Shown here: piece by piece, positions 21,793-33,259 of the stretch
Position numbering within the stretch: the first letter of the stretch is position 1
Layout of the letters: every line of letters begins with the position of its first letter
Origin: a virus
Lineage: Duplodnaviria; Heunggongvirae; Uroviricota; Caudoviricetes
DNA length: 64,000 nucleotides
IMG/VR virus record: IMGVR_UViG_3300038345_000251
Location: 1-64,000 of that record
Direction: 5' to 3' (one strand)
The notes under the pieces: model-generated
What the model was told of the DNA's origin: nothing
Seen by the model: only the letters and a program-made list of their open reading frames with translations
The model's database searches: none
Program-made: the position numbers and the translations under genes

Positions 21793-21954
21793 TTACTTGG
21801 CTTTTCGCATATTGTATGCTCGGCTCTGCCTTGACACCTTACGTGCTTTCAGTTTCTTCTGCCTCTTAGTCAGTTTAGTTTTCTGCTTCGGCTCTACCAC
21901 ATAGGCAGGATTAACCACATAAGGGACAGGAACACCAATTTTAAATCCATCCAT
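21793..21954 (-). CDS. 53-aa very basic protein (not in ORF track)
   Basis: MDGFKIGVPVPYVVNPAYVVEPKQKTKLTKRQKKLKARKVSRQSRAYNMRKAK*, between promoter repeats. Confidence 0.6.
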   Translation of the reverse strand: MDGFKIGVPVPYVVNPAYVVEPKQKTKLTKRQKKLKARKVSRQSRAYNMRKAK

Positions 21955-22018
21955 AATTTTATCGTTTTTGTTTTACATTACAAAGGTAATACTTTTTTTT
22001 GAATTATCCAAATTTTTT

Positions 22019-23790
22019 TTAATCTTCTTCTTCACTTTCTTGATTATTTTTTGGTTTCCTGCCTTTCTTCTTGAATTGGGCAAGTTCCCCAAGCAATTCA
22101 CGTTTCCAATCGCCAAGCATCTGCTTTGCAGACGTACCATCACCACGATTGATATAGTCAACTATTTCGTCAATGTATTCAACATCAATTTCAAGTTCAG
22201 ACTTTAAATTTCGGTTTTTTCTCTCTGCCATTTCCTTTATTATTAATTACACTGCAAAGTTAATAAATAATTCTGATATATGCAAATTTATTTACACATA
22301 AATTAATTTATTATCTTCGACTTCCGACACAACACAATAACTATCTTTGGTTTCTCCAAAGTTTTTGATAAGATATTTCTTTACCTTATCGCTTGCTTCA
22401 AAACTATCCCTGCCTTTGACAATGTAAGTTCCTTTGTAACGCAAAGGATAATGATAAGTAACAATAAAAGTTCTTTCCATATCTCGTTTATTATTTATAC
22501 TGCAAAGTTAATAAATTCTTTCAATATATGCAAATTTATTTTACAACTTCGTTCAAAATTTCTTCTGCACTTATTTCTTCGATATTCTTAATATCAATTT
22601 CTTCATAGCCAAACTGACTATCAAATTTTTGATATGCCTCTTTTTCGGTTTCTGCTTTCACATAACCATAAGACATACTCACCGACCACCACCACTTATA
22701 AGATACTTTCCAATATTTCATATCTGCTTCTCTACATCACATTCATACTCCGTTTTCTCCACTTCATCATAGAATTGCAATTCAATGGAATCATCCATAT
22801 CGTTCAGCAAATTCCTTGAAAACTTGTGCGCTTCAAGTTCATCCTGCGCTTCAATGTATTCAACTACTTCAATAGTGATTTTTTGTTTAACGGCAAATTT
22901 CATATCGTTCTATTATTTTATACGACAAAGTTAATAAATTCTTACAATATATCCAAATTTATTTTGTGATTTTTTCCAAAAGATATACTCCATCTGCATC
23001 CTCATCAATGAAACTATCTCCCATATCAGCATTATATTCCTCAACTGCACCATACATGGTTGGATATTTCTTAATCCTTTCCACTCTCATATCATAAGGA
23101 TTGCTCTCATCACTAATGAAAACATAATCACTTTTTACATTTGCATCAATATAAGCATCATCAAATGGATTGAAAAGATGTGCAGTAATCTTGTACTTAT
23201 TCATAATCTCTTGTTTTTAAATGACACTGCAAAGTTAATAAATTATTTTCATATATCCAAATAAAAAAGGGATTATTTTTCAATAACCCCAAAGAAAATA
23301 TGGCATCCAAAAGATTACTTCCAATCTCTAATATCAAGTAAGATTACAATGATAATTCCCATAACACCCAAAAAGAATATCCACCAAAAAGGTTCGTGTC
23401 CAATTCCCACTTTCTTCTTGACAACATCAGCCAAGAGTTTGCAAATAAGAATATACATTCCAATCGCAATAAAAATAATTGCCAAAAGTCCAAATCCAAT
23501 TCCCATTTTTTTGTTTTTAAGTTTTATTTCCGTTTTTATTTGATACTGCAAAGTTAAGTAAAATATTTTATATTACCAAATTTTTATTCGATATAAAAAC
23601 TTGTTTCTAAAATACCTTCTTTATCTGATTTAAGATATTCACATTCATCCCCAATAGAAAATGACATCCCTTCTTCTTCTCCAAAAAGGTTGATATAAAT
23701 TTCTGCTTCTTCTTTGGTTTTAGCACCAACTAAACCCATACCACCACCCCAACAACTACCACAATAATAAAATAGCCAAACCTTAAACAT
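22019..23790 (-). CDS. Small promoter-cassette genes (22019..22231, 22292..22480, 22536..22721, 22718..22903, 22959..23204, 23315..23506 membrane, 23584..23790)
   Basis: ORF track; stops abut the next promoter repeat. Confidence 0.55.
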
Positions 23791-23903
23791 ATCCCTTCCT
23801 TGATTATTATTTATACTGCAAAGTTAATAAATTATTTCCATATATGCAAATAAAACCGAAACTTTTTTGCCTCGGTTTCATTATTATTTATATTATTACT
23901 TTG

Positions 23904-24311
23904 TTAATCCAAAACTTTGTAATAATAACTTACAGCACTCTCATTCCCTTTGTAAAGTTCCCAAAACTTCTTATCCGCTTTCTGATACAAGTCAACGTAC
24001 AAATTCTTGAATTGCACTCGCCAACTCTCCCCACATTTAAGATAACTACTATCCACTCTTCCGTCAAAACTCCACGACTTATGATTCAACACAAGTATGA
24101 TTTCAACAAGTGAATGATAATCACTACTCCAATAACGCATCACGTTATTAAACGTTTTCTTTACTGCGTTCTTATCACGCATATAAACTTCGCAAAACTC
24201 GGCAATGCCAAAGTCAGAATAAAACGTAAACTTCGGCTTAAAATCTCCCATATCAGCAAGATTAATCAGCCAATTCTGCTCCGTTACGTTTGCATACTGA
24301 AATACGTTCAT
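23904..24311 (-). CDS. Conserved phage protein (TFYSDF.IAE...VLNHK.W)
   Basis: First gene of the minus-strand block, promoter at ~24335. Confidence 0.65.
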   Translation of the reverse strand: MNVFQYANVTEQNWLINLADMGDFKPKFTFYSDFGIAEFCEVYMRDKNAVKKTFNNVMRYWSSDYHSLVEIILVLNHKSWSFDGRVDSSYLKCGESWRVQFKNLYVDLYQKADKKFWELYKGNESAVSYYYKVLD

Positions 24312-24419
24312 CTTGTTTTCCCTTTTTGTTTGACACTGCAAAGATAATAAACTTTTTTCATTCTACCAAATTTATTTTTACAAATTTGCCTTATATTATT
24401 ATATTATTACTATCTACTA

Positions 24420-24725
24420 CCCTATACCCCCCTCCTGTGAACCCCCTCCCTACTCCCTCGCACCCCACTCCCCTCAAAAACACCCCCACAGTTTCTCATG
24501 AAAAATTTTCCCAGAAATTTTACCATTCGTAGGGGTTAACCTTACATTTTTTTTAGGGAAAGATTTTTCATTAGGTACTTACTTTTTATGGACAAAAATC
24601 TTTCAAAACAAATTATCAAAAAAATTTTTTCCCAGAATTTTTATATTTTAAAAACAGGTTTACTTTTTAAGTTTTTTTTAATGAATATAAGAAGTGCTGG
24701 AAAATTTTTCCAGAAATTTTTTCTT
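24420..24725. other. Strand-switch region with C-rich tract and repeated AAAATTTT(T)CC(C)AGAA(A)TTT
   Basis: Almost G-free C-run tract 24420-24490; motif copies at ~24501, ~24621, ~24701. Confidence 0.5.
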
Positions 24726-24854
24726 ATAAAAAAATCACTTCCTATATTGTATGGAGTAGGAAGTGATTCTAAATAAAAATACAAACATGTTTCATTCATT
24801 ATATAAACAGTTATTTAGATTAAAAACTAATATTTATAATAAAAAGAAAGTCAT

Positions 24855-25412
24855 ATGAAACAGAATACAATTAAATTAAACGAGAATCAACTTAAAAATT
24901 TAGTTATTGAATGTGTAAAGAGAGTGCTTAAAGAAGACATTATATCACAGCCACAGTTTAGACAGGTAGATGATTTAAATGCATATATTCAGCAGAACGG
25001 TTTACAGATGAGACAGGCATCAAAATTTCAGAGGATTAATGCAAGACCCGCAGAACCTGGTGAAGTAGTTGTCACATATGCATCAGATGGTACAATTGAG
25101 ACACAGAACACAGCAAGTACAGGTGATTGGATTGTAAACAATGTTAGTAATCCTGATAACAAATGGATTATAAAGGGTGATGTATTTCAGAAGAAATATC
25201 AGCCTGTAGAGGGGCAGCCTGGTGTATATATGCCAAAAGGTGGACCGATGAATGCAGCGCAGATTAGTGAGCCTATTTCATTCAGAGCACCTTGGGGTGA
25301 GCAGATGAATATAGATAAAGGTGGATATATATTAGGAGACCCTAATAATCCTGCTGATATGTATGGTATATCGCAAAAAGATTTTGATTCGACATATAGA
25401 TTTAATCAATAA
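24855..25412 (+). CDS. PGDYG-like repeat protein with N-terminal L(N/T)E..L..(L/I)V.E leader
   Basis: GDWIV...KGDVFQKKY and GGYIL...FDSTY duplicated motif. Confidence 0.65.
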   Translation: MKQNTIKLNENQLKNLVIECVKRVLKEDIISQPQFRQVDDLNAYIQQNGLQMRQASKFQRINARPAEPGEVVVTYASDGTIETQNTASTGDWIVNNVSNPDNKWIIKGDVFQKKYQPVEGQPGVYMPKGGPMNAAQISEPISFRAPWGEQMNIDKGGYILGDPNNPADMYGISQKDFDSTYRFNQ

Positions 25413-25502
25413 GAAAATTAAATTATTAAAATTAGAAACGCATCTATTTTCAGGTGCGTTTTTATTATTTAATAACTATTTATAGGAAAAGAATTTTTAG
25501 AT

Positions 25503-26390
25503 ATGAGAAGACACATTAAAACATTCAGCACACATGCTGATTATGAAGATTTCATTAATGAAGAAAGCAGAGAATTTTTATGGCCTAATGTTTCCGTTTG
25601 TGAAGATGAATATGATTGTCATTTTAACGATGATGGAACGATAGACAGAGTACATGAACGTCCTGGACAGATTGACCCTAACGGGCATGAATATGTTGAT
25701 TTAGGATTACCATCAGGTACATTATGGGCAACGATGAATGTTGGTTCAACAGTTGTTGGCGAATATGGTGGTTATTATGAATGGGGTGAAACTGAGGAAA
25801 GAGACAATTATGGAGCACATAAATATTATGACAAAGATAGTGGAACTTGGACTAAATACAATGATGTTGATAATAAGACAGAACTTGATTTAGACGATGA
25901 TGTTGCACGTGTTATAATGGGTGGTACATGGACTTTACCTACATCTGCACAATGTCAGGAATTAATTGATAATTGTACATTTGCATATACTTCTATTACA
26001 GTTACTATTGGTGAAGAAACACCAATGGAGATTACAGGTGTAACAGTTACATCTTCAATTAATGGTAATTCAATATTTTTACCTTATGCTGGTGATAAAT
26101 ATGGAACTGATATTGAAAATCTTAAATATGGAACTGATATTGAAAATGTTAAATATGGAACTGATATTGAAAATGTAGGTAATTATGGATATATATGGAC
26201 AAAGAACGGTAGTTATGTAGAAGGTAAAGTTAATGCACAATGTCTTCAATTTGGTAATTCTGAACCAGTAGTAAAACAAGTTGTAAATTATGAATATGGT
26301 CGTACTGATGGTATATCAGCACGTGGTGTATTAACACCTGGTGTAACACCTGGTCCAGAGCCAACAAGTGGATATATTACATTTCAGTAA
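25503..26390 (+). CDS. Bacteroidota-type surface/structural protein (YVDLGLPSGTLWA domain), probably frameshifted into 26368..26757
   Basis: HEYVDLGLPSGTLWATMNVG...YYEWGET...W.LPT...EL motif; N-terminus shared with 57600..59003. Confidence 0.75.
   Translation: MRRHIKTFSTHADYEDFINEESREFLWPNVSVCEDEYDCHFNDDGTIDRVHERPGQIDPNGHEYVDLGLPSGTLWATMNVGSTVVGEYGGYYEWGETEERDNYGAHKYYDKDSGTWTKYNDVDNKTELDLDDDVARVIMGGTWTLPTSAQCQELIDNCTFAYTSITVTIGEETPMEITGVTVTSSINGNSIFLPYAGDKYGTDIENLKYGTDIENVKYGTDIENVGNYGYIWTKNGSYVEGKVNAQCLQFGNSEPVVKQVVNYEYGRTDGISARGVLTPGVTPGPEPTSGYITFQ
26097..26177 (+). repeat. 27-bp in-frame tandem repeat x3 (KYGTDIEN(L/V))
   Basis: AAATATGGAACTGATATTGAAAAT repeated three times. Confidence 0.9.
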
Positions 26391-26746
26391 TTCATCAATT
26401 TCTGATATAGTATTAAATTCACCATCAGAATTAAGTAGTGTTAATTTCCCTAACAGTGCAATTGTAAGTAAATATTGGGTTGGTACACTTGTTCGTGGAG
26501 ATACACTTTCTGAATGGGAATTTGTTCCAGGAACAGCACATAGGGATGATAGTTATGTTCTTTTATATTATGGACCTGGTGATAATTTTGTTCATTCAAG
26601 TGGTGATATTTATGAAAATGGTGAATATACAGGTAGTTTCCAAGCTGATTTACCAGATGAATTAATTCAAATAATAGCGGATTATTTAGAAGAGAATGGT
26701 GTAATCAATGTTCAAGCGGAAATAGAAATCATTGATAATCCTGGAC

Positions 26747-27055
26747 ATGAGGCATGAAGTTGGTCATGGTTTAATGGAACATATTAGGAGAATGAGAAGA
26801 CAGGACACTCAAAACAAGACTGGTATATTTAAGGGGAAAGTACTTAATGATTTAAAAGAAATCATTTATAATGAAGAAGAAGTTGTTGAGGAATTTGGTG
26901 AGTATATGGCAGGGTTTTGTTATAATTCTCAATTATTTAATTTTCTGTTAAAGAATGCTGGCATATTAAAATACAATAAATCAGGTTCAGTTAAGATTAC
27001 TGAATCTGATTTAAGACGTATTGTTTCAGAATGTGTTAAAAAGATATATTTTTAA
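26747..27055 (+). pseudogene. C-terminal fragment of HExxH metallopeptidase-like gene
   Basis: Starts at RHEVGHG, has EEVVEEF, ends with ITESDLRRIVSECVKK motif. Confidence 0.45.
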
Positions 27056-27344
27056 TTTTTCTTTAAGCATTTATAATATACCCAATCTGTTGTATTATTT
27101 ATGTTTTTTTTATTTATACCTTTTTCTATAGAATAAAAGCCAGTTTCTTTAAGGTAATTTATAAGTTCATCTTCAGTATCAACTTTAGTATGAACCATAA
27201 AGTAAGGTGTTAGTTAACCATTTTGAAATGGAATTACAACTTTCTCATTGTAACAATATATTACTCAGAGCAATATGCCCACACACCGATGGGTAAAATT
27301 TCTATTTTGTGTAAACTATTATATTATTCCCTAATATTGTTTAT

Positions 27345-28357
27345 TTAGCCACAATAAAAATCTTCATAATAACTCCATACAACCTGATTATTGCTTTTTT
27401 TAACAAGGCGATTATCAGCTGTTCTACGGCTTGTCATATAAATAAAATCTTCATTTTCGGCAATCTTAATCCATTCTTTATCTATTTCGACATTTGGTGA
27501 ACAAGGAATCATTGTTTCAAAAATTTTATTCACCTTTTTATATGAAAAGTGTTTCATTATTCAATATAACTCCATTCTTTAAATTTAACTTCTTTTTCCA
27601 GTCTTAAACCACCCCAAGGTGATTTTATATTACCTGAATAAATAAACAAGAATTTACCATCCCATATAACAGACAGATATTGGAATGGTAGGTTATCTAC
27701 TTTAAGGAGCAGTTCGACATCTTTACCATTTGTTTCTGGAAGTCCTATAATTCCATCACATTTGTTCCATTTCATGCTTTAATGTTGTTTTAGTATTTTC
27801 GTATGCAAATTTTAATTTTTCTAATTGTAAAAGAATTTGATTATTAATATGTGTTAGTCCAAGTAAAGCACCTTTTTTAGTTATTCCTATAATTACCGTA
27901 CCGATATTAGAATCACAATAAATACCATCACTAAATATATAGGGTAATTCAAATTCATTAGGATAAATTAAACGTTTAACTTTAGTTCTTTTACCGTCAC
28001 CATTAGCACTATATTTAAAAGTAAGATGACAGGAATCATAGTTTGAATATTTTTTATTAGATATAACTTTTGATTCCTGATAAAGATAGCCTTGAAACAT
28101 ACCGTCTGTTGAATATTTGGGTATACAGAGGTAAATGGTATCGTCTTTTTTTAATTCATTCCATTTCATGATTACATCAGTACTTCTTCTTCGAAACAAA
28201 TGTTTATTGATTTAATGTTGTTCTTATCGAAACCGATTTCATCACTATGATAACTAACATACTTATCAATTGCCTCTTGCATATTTTCAGCAACTATAAA
28301 GTCATAGCTTTTAAAAATACCTTCAATTTTGTAAATTTTCAATTTTTTAAGTTCCAT
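27345..28357 (-). CDS. Four small hypothetical genes (27345..27557, 27557..27775, 27756..28169, 28172..28357)
   Basis: Overlapping/adjacent ORFs. Confidence 0.55.
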
Positions 28358-28459
28358 ATTATATTTAATTAAGAATTATTCCACATTTGTACAGAAATAG
28401 AATGGTCTGACATAGATTTATTGAATATGTTTTTATCTTCCTCTTTGAAAATACAAATA

Positions 28460-29137
28460 TCAGTTACCATACAATATTGCTTTTTTCCAATTTTTAGTCC
28501 AATGTTCATCAGTCTGTACATGGTTAGGTCTTACCCATTTACAGACATTTTTACTAAATTCATCTATAGGGAATTCATTAGAGTTACGTATTACAACACC
28601 TTCTCTTGTATCACCATATACAGAAGGTTGATTAACGAATTTATTTACAAGATATTTAAGTTGTTCTTCTGATTCAATAATACCTCTCCAAAGTTCAGGT
28701 ACAGTTGGAATTTTAGTTATTTCTGAAACAAGTCTTATTTCATCCCAAGAATACCAAACGTATTCTTCAGTGTCCATTACAGCAAACAAAAAGTAATAAT
28801 TTGGTAATTTATCGTAATGAATGGAATGTTCACCGTAAAGGTTTTCTCCAAAAATCCATTCATTTTCACCTAATTTATCATAAATATCTTGGAAAATACC
28901 GTCTTTACCCCAAATATTAATACTCCAAGGACTTCTTGTAGGTGCACCATGACTTCTTGCATAACAATCGTAACGATTAATTGATATATTTTCGCCATCA
29001 AGTTTTTCTGTGATAATTATTTCTTTACCTTTATACATATCAAACCAATCGCCAGACAGTTTTTTATCATCTGATGTTGTACCTGGTGACCAAGGTAAAT
29101 GATAAGTTCTTGGGTATTTTGTATTAGTAGGTATCAT
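28460..29137 (-). CDS. RNA ligase (Rnl2-like nucleotidyltransferase family)
   Basis: KYPRTYHLPWS, motif I EKLDGEN, GENL, FAV, REGVVIR, KWVR. Confidence 0.85.
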   Translation of the reverse strand: MIPTNTKYPRTYHLPWSPGTTSDDKKLSGDWFDMYKGKEIIITEKLDGENISINRYDCYARSHGAPTRSPWSINIWGKDGIFQDIYDKLGENEWIFGENLYGEHSIHYDKLPNYYFLFAVMDTEEYVWYSWDEIRLVSEITKIPTVPELWRGIIESEEQLKYLVNKFVNQPSVYGDTREGVVIRNSNEFPIDEFSKNVCKWVRPNHVQTDEHWTKNWKKAILYGN

Positions 29138-29138
29138 A

Positions 29139-30402
29139 TTATATTTCTACAGTTAATCCTTCTTCTAAAATGTCAATTTCTTCATCAGTAAACCAAGAAT
29201 AAAAAGTTAGGTTTCTGAAACTAAAGAGCATTCTTATATAAGAATATCTATTAATCATTTCTGTAACTTTATCATATAAGGCATCATATTCATTTTTATG
29301 TGCTAAAAACTCATCATCGTTATGGAATTTATGAATAAATCCAATAAGATAACCATATCCACCATTACTGATTTTCAGTTGGAAAATATAGACATAATAA
29401 TTTCTAATCAGCATATAAATTGCTGTTATAAAAAGTACAAGGAATATAAAAGTAACAGTATCCATATTTTTTTTATGTTTACTCAATTATTATCAACTTT
29501 CGTGCCATTTAAAATATCGAACATATATTTTCCACCATCAAAGAAACCTTCTTCATATGCTGCTCTTGAATCTACATTTACATCATCGTAGTCTTGTGCA
29601 TAGTCATTATATGTAAAACTTGGTGCATATTTTTCATCTGCTTTTTTCATTGCTACTTCCTGAATTTTATCTAAGTCAGGAATATCTATAAATAAATCAG
29701 GATTAAAATTGCCAGTACTTGAAAAACTAAATTGATTTATATAATCAGGTGTTTGTTTAAATAATTGGAGAATGGTATTATAATATTCTTCTTCTGAAGG
29801 ATATTTTTCTAATAATTCAGTAGTTGTTTCATTTTCTACCAATAATCTATCAGCAAGTTCAACAATTGCTTTTATTTGTTTCCAATCTAAATTCCACATA
29901 GTTATTTATTTTTATTATTAAACATATTTATTGCATCATTATAAAAGCAAATTCTATTATATTGTTCTGTTATGTCTTCCATTATTTCTTTACATTTTTC
30001 TTTTGATGCAAATCCATTAACATCCAACACGATTTTATCCAATAAATCAATCAAGAATTTTTCAGCATCTTCTCTAGTTTTAAATATTAAACTTTCACCA
30101 TTTTCATCAGTAATTGTTGGATTAAATGTATTATGTCTTTCTTTTGTGGGATTATCATAATACATATGATAATGTATTTCCCATTCGTTTTCATCATAAC
30201 AGACTAACCAAAATGAAACTGTGTTCAGTGATTTCATTTCGTTAATGTTTATACCAAAAACTTTAGTAAAATAATTATTAGTTAAATTAAAGTGTTCTAT
30301 CATTTTTTCTCTATCAATAATATAAGGAACACCATAGCCATAGATGCTTGCACCTATGAAATCTTCGAAAACATCTTTGTTTTCTTCATCATAATCATTC
30401 AT
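29139..30402 (-). CDS. Three hypothetical genes (29139..29486, 29483..29899, 29902..30402)
   Basis: Operon-like ORFs. Confidence 0.55.
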
Positions 30403-32524
30403 TTGTCAAAAATTCTTTTAAATATGTATTTCTTTTAGTTGTATCAAGTGTATTAATTGCCATATATAGTGTTGGTTTTTGTCCAACCATAACGCATAAT
30501 GATTTTGCTCTTGTAATACCTGTATAAACCAAGTTTCGTTTCATCATCATATAATGAGCCTTGGTGATTGGCATAACCACAATCGGATATTCTGAACCTT
30601 GTGACTTATGTACGGTAACAGCATAAGCAAGCATAATTTCATCAAGTTCTGCAAATTCGTATTCAGCAATCTGTTTTCTGAATAAGATAGTTACCATTTT
30701 ATGTTCTTTATCAATTTTTTTGATAAATCCAGAATCACCATTGAATACACCTTTATCATAGTTATTCTTAATCTGCATTACCTTATCGTTTTCCCTATAG
30801 ATGGTATCACCATATTTGATTTCATTAGCACCATTTGGATTAAGTTCTTTCTGAAGTACATCGTTGAGGTTCTTTGTACCTAATGAACCTTTTTTCATTG
30901 GTGTTAATACCTGTATATCTGTAGGAACAATCTTATATTTTGCAGGTAATCTATTTTTAACAAGTTCTGTTATTGTTTCAACAATTGAATCTTCATCATT
31001 ATTTGTTATAAAGAACAAATCAGAATCTTGTGTGTTTTTCATATCAGGAATTTCGCCATGATTGATTGCGTGAGCAGTTGTAATGATTTTAGATTGTGCT
31101 GCTTGTCTGAATATTTTTTCAAGTTTCACAATTGGAATCATACCTGATTTAATCAAATCTGAAAGTATGTTACCTGCACCGATACAAGGTAATTGGTCAA
31201 CATCACCGATAAGAATAAGTTTCATATCAAGTGGTACAGCCTTTAATAATGTGTACATCAATGAAACGTTAATCATAGATGATTCATCAAGAATAAGTAC
31301 ATCACCAAAAAGTGGAAAGTCTTCATTATGAAGATAACCTTGTACTGGATTATAACCAAGAAGTCTATGAATTGTTTTTGCTTCTCCACCTGTAGCATCA
31401 GACATTCTATCTGCTGCTTTACCTGTAGGTGCTGCAAGCAAGATTACTTTATTAAGCAGTCTTAATGCAGTGATGATACCTTTTGTTACAGTTGTCTTAC
31501 CTGTACCTGGTCCACCTGTCAACACCATTATATTTGACGTTAAAGCGGTTTTAATAGCCTGTCTTTGTTGCTCATTATATTCTATATTAAGTACCTGTTC
31601 AATGTCGTGAATCTGTGTATCATCAATCTCTTCTTTCTCTTTATAAGAGTTCAAGAGTTCATAGAATTTATCAGCAATATATTTTTCTGCTCGGTAGTAA
31701 TATGGTAAGAAAATTTTATTATCTTCTTCGATTAAATCCTCATTTGAAACCATTATTTCAATAGTTTCATCAATAAAACTTGGAGCAATTGAAAGCAAGT
31801 TACCAACTTCAGGTGAAAGGAATGTTTGGTATGCATATGTATTCCCATCTTCAGCAAACTGATTAAGGGTATAGTTAACACCTGCTTCTCTACGTTTTTC
31901 TGAAGTCATATCATAACCCATTTTAAGTGCGATTGCATCTGCTTTAAGGAAACCTATACCATCAATATCTGCAATTAATCTATATGGATTATGTGTGAGT
32001 ATTTCTATTGCATCATTACCATAGAGTTTAAATATTTTAACTGCATATAATGTACTGATGTCGAATGATTTAAGGAACACCATAATATCGAACATGTGTT
32101 TTTGTTCATTCCAAGATTGTACTAATTCATCAATTTTCTTTTGTCCCAATCGTGGAATTTCCTTTAATCTTTCAGGGTGATTTTCAATAATGTCAGGTGT
32201 ATCTTCGCCAAACTTATCCACAATTTTATCAGCGAATCCTGGACCGATACCTTTAATCAAACCACTACCTAAATATTTACGGATTCCGTAAACAGTATCA
32301 GGCATAATTTCATTGCAAAGAGTGGACACAAATTGTTTACCATACATATTATGAGTTTTCCAATCACCTTCTACATAGAGAGTTACCCCTGGTAGTGGAT
32401 TAGTTGTATTAGCGATAAGAGTAACAGGTTTCTTAATGGTGTCAGGTGTGGCTAACATCACTGTATATCCATTCTCTTCGTTATAGTATATAATTGATTC
32501 AACTGTACAATTAAAGTGTTCCAT
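30395..32524 (-). CDS. recD2: ATP-dependent RecD2-like DNA helicase
   Basis: N-terminal OB/HhH (GIGP..A.KIV), GGPGTGKTT, APTGKAA, DESSM, GDVDQL, YAVTVHKSQGSE. Confidence 0.95.
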   Translation of the reverse strand: MEHFNCTVESIIYYNEENGYTVMLATPDTIKKPVTLIANTTNPLPGVTLYVEGDWKTHNMYGKQFVSTLCNEIMPDTVYGIRKYLGSGLIKGIGPGFADKIVDKFGEDTPDIIENHPERLKEIPRLGQKKIDELVQSWNEQKHMFDIMVFLKSFDISTLYAVKIFKLYGNDAIEILTHNPYRLIADIDGIGFLKADAIALKMGYDMTSEKRREAGVNYTLNQFAEDGNTYAYQTFLSPEVGNLLSIAPSFIDETIEIMVSNEDLIEEDNKIFLPYYYRAEKYIADKFYELLNSYKEKEEIDDTQIHDIEQVLNIEYNEQQRQAIKTALTSNIMVLTGGPGTGKTTVTKGIITALRLLNKVILLAAPTGKAADRMSDATGGEAKTIHRLLGYNPVQGYLHNEDFPLFGDVLILDESSMINVSLMYTLLKAVPLDMKLILIGDVDQLPCIGAGNILSDLIKSGMIPIVKLEKIFRQAAQSKIITTAHAINHGEIPDMKNTQDSDLFFITNNDEDSIVETITELVKNRLPAKYKIVPTDIQVLTPMKKGSLGTKNLNDVLQKELNPNGANEIKYGDTIYRENDKVMQIKNNYDKGVFNGDSGFIKKIDKEHKMVTILFRKQIAEYEFAELDEIMLAYAVTVHKSQGSEYPIVVMPITKAHYMMMKRNLVYTGITRAKSLCVMVGQKPTLYMAINTLDTTKRNTYLKEFLTNE

Positions 32525-33146
32525 TTACGTTTTTAATCATTGCTATTTTATTTTCTTGGAGTTTATAGATATTGATTAAGAGCAATAATGAATTTCCATC
32601 TTTTTTATTTTCTTTGTCTTGATAATCTTTTATTTTTAAACCACTTCCTTTCACATTATATAATTGATTATTCACTCTAATATATTCTCTAAGTTTGAAC
32701 ATATTAATGATGGCATATTTACAAACTTGATTATCTTTGTTTAAAAAGACATAAATTAGAAAGTCACATTCAGAACGTGCAAGACCACCTGGTTTATCGT
32801 GTGATGTTATATCATAGACAATGTTACCTGTTTCGGTTATCCGTTTATCTGTTTTGATTTCTATTGCATAAAAATCCTCTGATTCAAGGTTCTTTAATGT
32901 ATGGTAACTTAGTCTTTCCTTTATTTCGTTTTGTGTATTTAAATCCTTAATATTAATTTGTTCATCAGTTCTAAATATCAGTGCATCAATATCTTTATCC
33001 TTTTCAAGTTGTGTACCTTTTGTGTCTATATAAACTTTATGTGATAAAAAATGTATAGGGAAGATAGTGTTTAAGAAGAAATCTTCACCGATTTTCCCTA
33101 TATCTGATTGTTCTTTAACTTTATCACTCTTTCTCTTATATCCCAT
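32511..33146 (-). CDS. PD-(D/E)XK nuclease-like protein
   Basis: GKIGEDF...DID...IEIKTD motif. Confidence 0.6.
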   Translation of the reverse strand: MGYKRKSDKVKEQSDIGKIGEDFFLNTIFPIHFLSHKVYIDTKGTQLEKDKDIDALIFRTDEQINIKDLNTQNEIKERLSYHTLKNLESEDFYAIEIKTDKRITETGNIVYDITSHDKPGGLARSECDFLIYVFLNKDNQVCKYAIINMFKLREYIRVNNQLYNVKGSGLKIKDYQDKENKKDGNSLLLLINIYKLQENKIAMIKNVNGTL

Positions 33147-33259
33147 ATATCTGTTTTTTACAAATATACAAATTTTATATAAGAAAAACAACGAATATAT
33201 AAAACAAAAAAACGCACTTGTGAAAGTGCGTTTTTGATAATAATAAGGATAATATTGAA

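Larger units (their letters stand above)
7385..24372 (-). repeat. Dispersed ~40-bp repeat = Bacteroidota sigmaA-type promoter (about 29 copies)
   Basis: Minus-strand TTTG-N~20-TAnCTTTGCA copies near 7390, 8685, 9832, 11330, 11404, 12460, 13541, 13938, 14432, 15942, 16230, 16491, 16844, 17232, 17802, 18236, 19297, 19871, 20330, 20989, 21741, 21978, 22251, 22499, 22922, 23227, 23544, 23815, 24335. Confidence 0.9.

Noticed and set aside
12798-24341. ORF-track starts such as MHCQ/MQCQ/MQYQ
   Set aside because: These TTG starts lie inside the promoter -7 box; downstream ATGs were used instead
9800-24372. CRISPR array interpretation of the dispersed repeat
   Set aside because: Spacing is hundreds of bp with ORFs between, and the repeat matches a promoter consensus; no cas genes
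24290-24776. ORFs 24290..24532 and 24588..24776
   Set aside because: Products of low-complexity C-rich and A/T repeat DNA
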